Source: an uncultured Bacteroidaceae bacterium
GTDB taxonomy: Bacteria; Bacteroidota; Bacteroidia; Bacteroidales; Bacteroidaceae
Length of the DNA: 36,651 bases
Assembly (NCBI GenBank): GCA_964403455.1
Contig: CAYOGG010000002.1
Coordinates: 1-36,651 of the forward strand
Reading direction: 5' to 3'
In this document: in pieces, positions 16,503 through 24,050 of the stretch
Numbering within the stretch: the stretch's first letter is position 1
How the letters are laid out: every line of letters begins with the position of its first letter
The notes under the pieces: model-generated
The model's database searches: none
Told to the model about the DNA's origin: nothing
What the model saw: the letters and a program-made list of their open reading frames with translations, nothing else
Made by a program: the position numbers and the translations under genes

Positions 16503-19400
16503 TTATTCAACAAGATATTTAATAAATGAACGCATCAGTTTGTTTCGTGAGTGTTCATCGACAATACTCTCGAAAGGAAATCCCAATGTGATGCATCTGT
16601 AATCATTTCCCATATATGCTACTCCGGCACTGTAAGAACTATTTTCATACATAAGTAATGATGTTGCCTTTCCGATAGGTGAGATAATGTCAGTATGTAC
16701 TAAACCATAGTTCTCGGAATCTGCAGCCCGTCTTATTTCAAAATTAATCTTTTTTCCTTTGATATTATTCTCATTCGAATTATTAATTGTCCCGTCTGAT
16801 TTATACTTTAGCTTTTTGGCTATAAATAAACTATCCTGAGAGGTTTTTTTCATGTCTGTTCCAATATATGCTCCACTTGTGAGAAGCCTACCCCCTAGGT
16901 TGAGATAGTCAGTCAATTTCATTTGCAGAACATCCGAAAAAGTTGAATAATTATTATTTAGTATTGTATCCGATGTGCTCCTTTTTTGAAGTCCCATTAT
17001 GAGGTCAATCATAATATAATCATCTAATGTGACTTCACCGCTTTCTAACGATTCTCTGCTACATGATACAAATGACACTTCTTCGGATGCGATTGCTTTT
17101 CCGTGAATGTATGGATAATTGAAAGTATTTCCGGCAATGACTTTTCCATCATATTCGTCACCGCTATAACCGAGAGATAATTCCTCTTCCAAGCCTATGT
17201 CCTTTTTATTGAAGTTCTGTTGAATGCCGCACAATATAGGAGATTTAATATACGAAACTCCAGGATCGGATAATATATCAAATCCCAATGTCGTATCCGT
17301 CTCAATCGCTTCCGGTCCACTGAGTCGCTGGAATCCATTGACTATGAGAATGAATTTCTTGTTTGTCTTTGAGATATATGCAGATAGTGTCTCTGACGGA
17401 AAACTCTCACCTCCGGAATTTATTGCCGTCACCTTGAATCTGTAAATATGTCCCGGGATGGGATTAAAATCGAAATAAGGGTGAATAATATGTTTCCCGT
17501 TGTCAAAATCTTCATCGTCAATGGCTGTATATAGCATATAACTGTCGGCTATGGCATTAGGTTCCAAAGGGTCTGTTTTCGGCTTCCATGTGAGTCTGAT
17601 AGATCCTTTACCGGCGTCTTCTTTAATCATGAAATCATGAACCGGTAAGGGTTGAACCACATATTGACGTCCATGCATGAAATTCACATATTTGAGTATG
17701 GATTTATATATTGAACGGGAAGCTATAAATCTGAAGTTCGGATCATAAGCCAATTTCAAATCATAATAGTTCTGATGTGACAGCAATTCCAGAATCATAG
17801 ATGGAATTTGCGGTTCACGACTCTCACAATAGTCTTTATCCCAAAGACCGCGTTCAGTCCAAGTACGTCCTGTAGCATCCTCAATATCTGTTTTAAGGCC
17901 TGAAAGAATCATATCCGATAAATCACGTGATACATCTCTTGATAATCCGGAACCCAGAAGCCCATCATTATGTTTTGTGGTATAAATGCCTAAAGAACCG
18001 ATAATACTATCGCCATACCTATATCCGGCATCAGTGTGTAGAGCAAGAGAGAATTCCAGGGGTACTCTTGCTCCCTGCATCGAATCATTGAATACCGATC
18101 TGCCGGACAGCCAGTTTGTCATTCTGGGGCGTGCCTGGATATCTTCCCGATAATCGTCTGCTCCGTTATATTTTAAGTATATTGAATCCGGTGCACCTGA
18201 GAATTTTGTATAGTAACGTGCACCCTCTAAATATCTGGCTTTTCCGCTGATACTTCCTCCACGTACTTCATTACCTAACCCTCCTCCGAATCTGACTGCA
18301 TCGGCGCAGATTATTCCTGTTTGATTGCTTGTGTTGTCAAGTGTAATCATACCGCTTGCTCCACGACCGTGTAAGAATCGGAATGTACCCAAGTAAACCC
18401 AAGTACCTCCTCCCATCTGTTGATTTACATGGAAGATTGTAGTTCCTCCTGCATGAAAGACTATATATCGAGCATCTGTAATGCTGTTGTGATAAGATTG
18501 ATACGTTACATACACAGCATAATCTCCATCTTCCGGTATTTCCGGAATCCACATACAAGAACCGTTTTTCGAAGATTTACCTTCATTAGAGTAAATCACT
18601 CTGACCGATGCTTTTTCCTCTTCTCTACATATTCTTGATGAATCCTCATAATAACCGGCTCCACTTCTGGTCTGCCATAGGTCTTTTTCATCTGATTCTT
18701 CCTGATAACTTGATTTCTTGGAAGTATTATCTACTATTACACAATTAGTCTGCCAATCCCTTTCACGCGCTGAATACACTATTGCACCGGCATTTTCAAG
18801 CATAGGAATAAGATACGGATACGCAAAAGATTGTGTAAGCAAGTCTTCTCTGGTACAAAACAACGGCGGCCTTTGCCATTTCCAAGAAGCGGTGTCTTTT
18901 CTTTCATAATAATAACCGTGACTTGGAGTTATGGCAAGATGAATGTTATAAAGCCCTTTTTTTATAGTATAGGGTTTTGAAACATTCGTTATCCATGGAT
19001 CTCCTGTATATGCGGTGTTATTCCACAACAGATTCTGATCTATTGGAGTCCTTTTATAGTTTGGAATCAGGTCCTCAATTTTTCTGCCGTTTGTGTAGAC
19101 GGATAGTGAATAATCAGAAATATCGGCAGGAAGCAATCTCCTGATTCCGGTATAAATGCTATCAACTGTCTCGTTGCGAAACAGTTGATATGAGAAATCG
19201 TTGTTGAGAAAGATGTCTATTAATTTTCTACTATTGCTTATTTCAGTCTTGTCGACTTTTAAATTTACCAAATCTATCTCGCATCTGTACTGCTTGAAAT
19301 AGTCTCCGATTCGGGTGCGAATCAGATTGTTCTGGCTTTGCCCGAAAGCACAGCACACAACAAAAAAAGCTAAAAGTATTGCAGCCAGGCGTTTATACAT
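16503..19400 (-). CDS. Exported multidomain protein: golvesin C-terminal-like domain, Amidase_3-like domain, Fn3 domain (family often labelled xanthan lyase in Bacteroides annotations)
   Basis: Signal peptide ...CCAFG|Q. Golvesin-like block GDYAVYVTYQSYHNSITDARYIVFHAGGTTIFHVNQQMGGGTWVYLGTFRF. Amidase_3-like LALHTDAG and SMILELLSHQN. Fn3-like IRLTWKP...YRFKVTAINSGGES. The domain calls are by eye. Confidence 0.6.
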   Translation of the reverse strand: MYKRLAAILLAFFVVCCAFGQSQNNLIRTRIGDYFKQYRCEIDLVNLKVDKTEISNSRKLIDIFLNNDFSYQLFRNETVDSIYTGIRRLLPADISDYSLSVYTNGRKIEDLIPNYKRTPIDQNLLWNNTAYTGDPWITNVSKPYTIKKGLYNIHLAITPSHGYYYERKDTASWKWQRPPLFCTREDLLTQSFAYPYLIPMLENAGAIVYSARERDWQTNCVIVDNTSKKSSYQEESDEKDLWQTRSGAGYYEDSSRICREEEKASVRVIYSNEGKSSKNGSCMWIPEIPEDGDYAVYVTYQSYHNSITDARYIVFHAGGTTIFHVNQQMGGGTWVYLGTFRFLHGRGASGMITLDNTSNQTGIICADAVRFGGGLGNEVRGGSISGKARYLEGARYYTKFSGAPDSIYLKYNGADDYREDIQARPRMTNWLSGRSVFNDSMQGARVPLEFSLALHTDAGYRYGDSIIGSLGIYTTKHNDGLLGSGLSRDVSRDLSDMILSGLKTDIEDATGRTWTERGLWDKDYCESREPQIPSMILELLSHQNYYDLKLAYDPNFRFIASRSIYKSILKYVNFMHGRQYVVQPLPVHDFMIKEDAGKGSIRLTWKPKTDPLEPNAIADSYMLYTAIDDEDFDNGKHIIHPYFDFNPIPGHIYRFKVTAINSGGESFPSETLSAYISKTNKKFILIVNGFQRLSGPEAIETDTTLGFDILSDPGVSYIKSPILCGIQQNFNKKDIGLEEELSLGYSGDEYDGKVIAGNTFNYPYIHGKAIASEEVSFVSCSRESLESGEVTLDDYIMIDLIMGLQKRSTSDTILNNNYSTFSDVLQMKLTDYLNLGGRLLTSGAYIGTDMKKTSQDSLFIAKKLKYKSDGTINNSNENNIKGKKINFEIRRAADSENYGLVHTDIISPIGKATSLLMYENSSYSAGVAYMGNDYRCITLGFPFESIVDEHSRNKLMRSFIKYLVE

Positions 19401-19414
19401 GAGTAAAAGAATGA

Positions 19415-19687
19415 CTACTTCTTAATTTTGCCCAATTCAGTAATTATTGCATTAATCTTATCATTGAACTCGTTGTATAGGCTTCTATAGAATTTTTTTG
19501 CATTGCCCGGCTCGGTATGATTGATTCTGGAGATGAATTCATCGTCTATTCTCAGAAGTTCAACCATTAATTTATCGGCAGCTTCCTTATCAGTACCCGG
19601 AACGAAGTTTGTATATACCAAACACTCGGTGAAGATATCGCCGATAACATAACCAATCTCTTTTTTTAATTTTCTGCGGCTTGCCAT
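19415..19687 (-). CDS. Hypothetical helical cytoplasmic protein, 90 aa
   Basis: I moved the start to the ATG at 19687 (MASRRKLKKEIGY...), because a -7 box lies inside the longer track ORF. There is a 14-nt gap to the next gene. Confidence 0.55.
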   Translation of the reverse strand: MASRRKLKKEIGYVIGDIFTECLVYTNFVPGTDKEAADKLMVELLRIDDEFISRINHTEPGNAKKFYRSLYNEFNDKINAIITELGKIKK

Positions 19688-19717
19688 AATGAATATTTTT
19701 TTGATTAACACTATCAA

Positions 19718-19725
19718 CAAAGATA
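19718..19725 (-). promoter_or_regulatory. -7 promoter box (TATCTTTG) for the four-gene unit ending in ygiQ
   Basis: The reverse complement of 19718-19725 is TATCTTTG. It lies 30 nt upstream of the ATG at 19687. Confidence 0.45.
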
Positions 19726-19855
19726 CCTTTAATACTTGAAACAACATTGGCTTTTAAACTTAAAAAAATCGAAGTGTATCATTTTATTGTATCAAAAAAT
19801 ATTATTCACTTATCTTTTGTATGAATGAGAATAAGGTTTTCTTCAATTAAGAATA

Positions 19856-19885
19856 TTTGTCAATAACAATAGTGCAATATTTTTG
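19856..19885 (+). promoter_or_regulatory. Candidate promoter for pfp (-33 TTTG and -7 TATTTTTG)
   Basis: TTTG at 19856-19859 and TATTTTTG at 19878-19885, separated by 18 nt. The ATG at 19954 lies 68 nt downstream. Confidence 0.4.
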
Positions 19886-19953
19886 ATATGGCATCTTTTT
19901 TTACGAAATTTGCACTTCAAAGTGATTAAGATTTTAAATAAATATTTTTAATA

Positions 19954-21603
19954 ATGAGTACAAAAAGTGCACTGCAGATAGCACGTGCTGCGTACCAACC
20001 AAAGTTGCCAAAGGCTTTGCGTGGTGGTTTGAAGGCTGTTGAAGGTGCTCCTACACAGTCTGTTGCCGATCAGGAGGAAGTAAAGGAGCTGTTCCCTAAC
20101 ACTTATGGTATGCCATCAATTCGTTTTGAGGCTACTGAAGATAAGGCATGGAATAAGAGTATTAATGCCGGTGTTATATTATCGGGAGGTCAGGCTCCAG
20201 GTGGACATAATGTGATAGCCGGTCTGTTTGACGGACTCAAGAAATTGAACTCACAGAATAAACTGTACGGTTTTATTTTAGGTCCCGGCGGTTTGGTAGA
20301 CCATAAGTATATGGAAATTACTTCCGGTATTATAGACGAGTATCGTAATACGGGCGGTTTTGATATCATTGGATCAGGTCGTACAAAACTTGAGAAGAAG
20401 GAGCAGTTTGACAAAGGGCTTGAGATTCTGAGAGAGTTGGATATTAAGGCTCTGGTAATAATAGGTGGTGACGATTCTAATACAAATGCTTGTGTTCTGG
20501 CAGAGTATTATAAAGCTATCGGTTCTGGTATTCAGGTGATAGGTTGTCCCAAGACAATTGATGGTGACTTGAAAAACTCTGAAATTGAGACTTCTTTCGG
20601 ATTTGATACTGCTACTAAAGTTTATTCTGAAGTTATAGGTAATATTGAGCGTGATTGTAATTCTGCTAAGAAGTATTGGCATTTTATTAAGTTGATGGGA
20701 CGTTCTGCCAGTCATGTTACTTTAGAGTGTGCTTTGCAGACTCAACCTAACATCACTCTCATAGGTGAAGAGGTGGAAGCAAAGAATCAGACACTTGATG
20801 ATATTGTGACTTATATTGCAGGTGTTGTTGCTGAGCGTGCTACACGTGATCTTAATTACGGTATTGTACTTGTTCCTGAAGGTTTGATTGAGTTTATTCC
20901 TGCAATTAAGAAACTGATTTCGGAACTTAATGACCTTATTGCTGCAAATCAAGAGGAGTTTAATTCCATCTCTTCAGAGAAGAAGATAGATTTCGTTCAT
21001 TCTCATCTGTCTGCTGAGAATGCAGCTATATTTCATAGTCTGCCTGTCGGCGTAAGTCGTCAGTTGGCTTTGGAGCGTGATCCTCATGGGAATGTTCAGG
21101 TATCTCTGATTGAGACGGAACAGTTGTTGGCTGATATGGTTGAGGCTAAATTGATTCAATGGAAAAAGGATGGTAAGTTTGTAGGAAAGTTTGCTACGCA
21201 GCATCACTTCTTCGGATATGAGGGTCGTTGTGCAGCTCCTTCGAATTTTGATGCTGACTATTGCTATAGTTTGGGCTATAACGCATCTATGTTGATAGCT
21301 TCAGGCAAAACAGGATATATGTCTTCTATCAAAAATACTGTTGCTCCTGCTGATAACTGGATTGCCGGTGGTATTCCTATTACTATGATGATGAATATGG
21401 AGAAACGAAACGGAGAGATGAAGCCGGTTATCAAGAAGGCTCTTGTAGAATTGGATGGTGCGCCGTTTAAGCAGTTCTGCTCTCAACGTGAGGAGTGGGC
21501 AAAGAATACTTGCTTCGTTTATCCGGGCCCGATTCAGTATTTTGGCCCGACTGAGGTATGCGATCAACCTACAAAAACTCTTACTCTCGAGCAGAGTAAG
21601 TAA
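19954..21603 (+). CDS. pfp: Diphosphate--fructose-6-phosphate 1-phosphotransferase (PPi-dependent phosphofructokinase)
   Basis: PFK motifs GGDDSNT (Asp rather than Gly, the PPi-type signature), PKTIDGDL and MGRSASH. The 549-aa long form is typical of PPi-PFK. Confidence 0.93.
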   Translation: MSTKSALQIARAAYQPKLPKALRGGLKAVEGAPTQSVADQEEVKELFPNTYGMPSIRFEATEDKAWNKSINAGVILSGGQAPGGHNVIAGLFDGLKKLNSQNKLYGFILGPGGLVDHKYMEITSGIIDEYRNTGGFDIIGSGRTKLEKKEQFDKGLEILRELDIKALVIIGGDDSNTNACVLAEYYKAIGSGIQVIGCPKTIDGDLKNSEIETSFGFDTATKVYSEVIGNIERDCNSAKKYWHFIKLMGRSASHVTLECALQTQPNITLIGEEVEAKNQTLDDIVTYIAGVVAERATRDLNYGIVLVPEGLIEFIPAIKKLISELNDLIAANQEEFNSISSEKKIDFVHSHLSAENAAIFHSLPVGVSRQLALERDPHGNVQVSLIETEQLLADMVEAKLIQWKKDGKFVGKFATQHHFFGYEGRCAAPSNFDADYCYSLGYNASMLIASGKTGYMSSIKNTVAPADNWIAGGIPITMMMNMEKRNGEMKPVIKKALVELDGAPFKQFCSQREEWAKNTCFVYPGPIQYFGPTEVCDQPTKTLTLEQSK

Positions 21604-21606
21604 TAT

Positions 21607-22515
21607 ATGTCTGCTTCGGCTGACAAGAAAAAAAAATCAAGAGGTGCTCCCAAACAGTCAAAGACTGTAGGGAGAGCCTCTTCTTTGTTTTCTACCGAGA
21701 AAAAGAAGCATATATCGAAAAAAAGTCCACGTAGAATAGTAAAAAGAAGAAAAAGCGCTGAGATATCAGAGTGGCTGCATTGGTTTTATACTCTTCTGAT
21801 CGTAAGTCTTGCGTCTATGGGTGCTTATTTTTTTCTTATAAGACCATTCTCATATAGATGGAAACCATGTTACGGCTCAAAAGAGTATGAAATATGTATT
21901 CCTAACGGATATTCTGTTTATGGAATAGATGTTTCTCATTATCAGGGTCGCATTGACTGGAAAAGAGTGGCTGTTTCATCCGAGGGTGAGTATCCTTTGC
22001 GTTTTGTTATGCTGAAGGCTACTGAAGGCGGTGATTATAAGGATTCTACTTTTGATGCCAATATTGATTCTGCACGCCAGGCAGGTCTTATATGCGGAGC
22101 ATATCATTTTTATAATCCGAAGACTTCGCCGATAGTTCAAGCTGATTTCTTTACGAAAAACGTTGAATTGTTCAGCGGAGATTTGCCTCCGGTTGTGGAT
22201 ATTGAGAGTAGAGGTGATGATATAGAGACCTTGCAAAGAGATTTATTGAGATGGTTATCTATTGTTGAGAATTACTACGGTATCAGACCTATTATATATA
22301 CTTCTGTAAAGTTTAGGAATAAATACCTTGATAATAGCGCCTTTGATAAATATCAATTTTGGATAGCTCATTATTATGTTGATAAACCTGAGACAGAATC
22401 TGATTGGATTTTTTGGCAATGTTCCGATAGAGCACGTGTAGGTGGCATCGAAGGGCACACCGATTTAAATGTATTTGCAGGTTCTTTGTCTGACTTGCAA
22501 AAGATTTTATTTTAG
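21607..22515 (+). CDS. Glycoside hydrolase family 25 lysozyme/muramidase with basic N-terminal tail and TM anchor
   Basis: GH25 motifs GIDVSHYQGRIDW, VMLKATEG, GAYHFY and LPPVVDIE. N-terminus is Lys/Arg-rich, followed by the TM helix LHWFYTLLIVSLASMGAYFFLI. Confidence 0.88.
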   Translation: MSASADKKKKSRGAPKQSKTVGRASSLFSTEKKKHISKKSPRRIVKRRKSAEISEWLHWFYTLLIVSLASMGAYFFLIRPFSYRWKPCYGSKEYEICIPNGYSVYGIDVSHYQGRIDWKRVAVSSEGEYPLRFVMLKATEGGDYKDSTFDANIDSARQAGLICGAYHFYNPKTSPIVQADFFTKNVELFSGDLPPVVDIESRGDDIETLQRDLLRWLSIVENYYGIRPIIYTSVKFRNKYLDNSAFDKYQFWIAHYYVDKPETESDWIFWQCSDRARVGGIEGHTDLNVFAGSLSDLQKILF

Positions 22516-22547
22516 GAAAAATCCCCTTTGTTTTTAGGAAATTTCCT
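22510..22547 (+). promoter_or_regulatory. Operator-like repeats: two copies of TTTTAGGAAAnnTCC 22 nt apart; the second lies within a 12-bp perfect palindrome
   Basis: ttttaggaaaaatcc at 22510-22524 and ttttaggaaatttcc at 22532-22546. aggaaatttcct at 22536-22547 is self-complementary and sits where a -33 element would be expected. Confidence 0.3.
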
Positions 22548-22570
22548 GATGAAGGGTAATTTATACTATT

Positions 22571-22578
22571 TATTTTTG
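22571..22578 (+). promoter_or_regulatory. -7 promoter box (TATTTTTG) for the Ser-rich protein / barrel unit
   Basis: TATTTTTG at 22571-22578, 30 nt upstream of the ATG at 22609. Confidence 0.45.
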
Positions 22579-22608
22579 TTGCAGAAACAAGAATAAAATT
22601 CGGGTGAT

Positions 22609-23991
22609 ATGAAAAAATTAATCCTATTACTGATTTTGTCATTAGTATTGCCTATGACAATAGCTGCCCAGAGAAATGATATTTATTCTTCTGGGAGTAA
22701 GAAAAAGGCTGATGTGGGTACGGTAGTTTCAAATACCGTAGTATCCGCTCCGGCAGTTACAAATACGGTTTACACACAATCTTCGGTTATCGAAGAACGT
22801 GATGCTGACGAATACAATCGTCGCTATACCGGTGCTCCTTCTGATTATTCTTATGGAGATGAAGCAATGTATATTCATGATACTGTTTTTATTCATGAGA
22901 GTGTCAGTGACACAAAGGCTTATGCAGAAGGTTATTCCGATGCAAGTGATGATTATGAATATGCTCTGAGAGCAGTTAGATTTCACAGCCCAAGATCTTC
23001 GGTATATATCAGTAGCCCCATATATTGGGATGTAGTATATTCAAATCCTATTCTTGATATAGCCTGGGGGATAAATATATTATTGGATCCTTGGGATTAT
23101 AATTGGTATTCATCATACTATTATTATGACCCGTGGTTTTACGGATATAGTTATCACCCATATTACTATGGTTCGTGGTATGATCCTTGGTACTCATATC
23201 CTGTATATGGAGGTTATTATGGAGGTTCTTCTTATCGTAATCGCGATTTCGTTCCTAACAGGAGTATCAATAGCAGTTGGGACAGGAATCTTGCAGGAAA
23301 CAGACGAGTTAATTCCGCTTATGCAAGTAGTTCCAGAAGTTCAGACAGATCATTGAATTCCAGAGGCATAAATGCTTCGTCTTCAAGGGTGTCGACTCGT
23401 TCAGCCAATGGCAGTACTTCAAGTGTAAGAGTTGCCTCTCCGGGAGTATCAAGTCGTTCTTCAAATGTTTCCTCTACCAGATCGTTAAATGATGCTGCTT
23501 ACCGCTCTGCAAATTCTTCAGATAGCAGAACTGTGACTCCTTCTTCAAGTCGTTCAGCTAATGTTTCATCAGGACGCTCATCTTCTGTAGGTGTATCATC
23601 TTCGACGGTTACAAGAGCAAATGCTTCTACGTCATCTTCGAGACAAATTTCTTCTTCTTCTTCACGAAGTAATCAATCTGGTATGACTTATGATCGTCCG
23701 AGTAGTACTAGCAGTTCGAGTTCACGTTCAGCTGCCACAGTTAATTCCGGTTCGACTCGTCAGTCTGTTCAGAGTAATACCTCGAGAAGTTCAAGCTCTT
23801 CTAACAGTAACTCTTCATCGGCGGTTCGTAGCAGTTCGAGTCCTTCTAACAGTAGCTCTTCTTCATCTGTTCGTAGTAGCAGCAGTTCAAGTTCTTCACG
23901 TAGCAGCAGTTCAAGCAGCATGGGTAGCTCAAGCCGTTCCAGTTCGAGTTCCAGCAGTTCAAGAGGATCATCTTCTTCAAGTCGTAGATAA
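22609..23991 (+). CDS. Exported low-complexity protein: Tyr/Trp-rich block plus 220-residue Ser/Arg-rich C-terminal tail; no family recognised
   Basis: Signal peptide MKKLILLLILSLVLPMTIAA|Q. Long uninterrupted ORF with its own promoter motif. The composition is described in the findings. Confidence 0.7.
   Translation: MKKLILLLILSLVLPMTIAAQRNDIYSSGSKKKADVGTVVSNTVVSAPAVTNTVYTQSSVIEERDADEYNRRYTGAPSDYSYGDEAMYIHDTVFIHESVSDTKAYAEGYSDASDDYEYALRAVRFHSPRSSVYISSPIYWDVVYSNPILDIAWGINILLDPWDYNWYSSYYYYDPWFYGYSYHPYYYGSWYDPWYSYPVYGGYYGGSSYRNRDFVPNRSINSSWDRNLAGNRRVNSAYASSSRSSDRSLNSRGINASSSRVSTRSANGSTSSVRVASPGVSSRSSNVSSTRSLNDAAYRSANSSDSRTVTPSSSRSANVSSGRSSSVGVSSSTVTRANASTSSSRQISSSSSRSNQSGMTYDRPSSTSSSSSRSAATVNSGSTRQSVQSNTSRSSSSSNSNSSSAVRSSSSPSNSSSSSSVRSSSSSSSSRSSSSSSMGSSSRSSSSSSSSRGSSSSSRR
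23797..23886 (+). repeat. Imperfect tandem duplication, 2 x 45 nt, inside the Ser-rich tail
   Basis: 23797-23841 versus 23842-23886 match at 34 of 45 positions by hand alignment. They encode SSSNSNSSSAVRSSS and SPSNSSSSSSVRSSS. Confidence 0.6.
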
Positions 23992-24050
23992 TGTTATTGA
24001 TTATAATGAACGGATTACAAAATAGATGTTTTACATAAAAAACAACAAAA

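Noticed and set aside
22609-23991. Ser-rich gene as assembly artefact or non-coding microsatellite
   Set aside because: The ORF is uninterrupted for 460 codons. It begins with a canonical signal peptide after a consensus -7 box, and it uses all six Ser codons rather than a pure repeat unit.
23690-24025. 111-aa same-strand alternate-frame ORF (Val/Leu/Gln/Ala-rich) across the end of the Ser-rich gene
   Set aside because: It is a by-product of AGC/AGT/TCA-rich Ser coding, which lacks stops in a shifted frame. It has no independent start context, and the main frame has the signal peptide and promoter.
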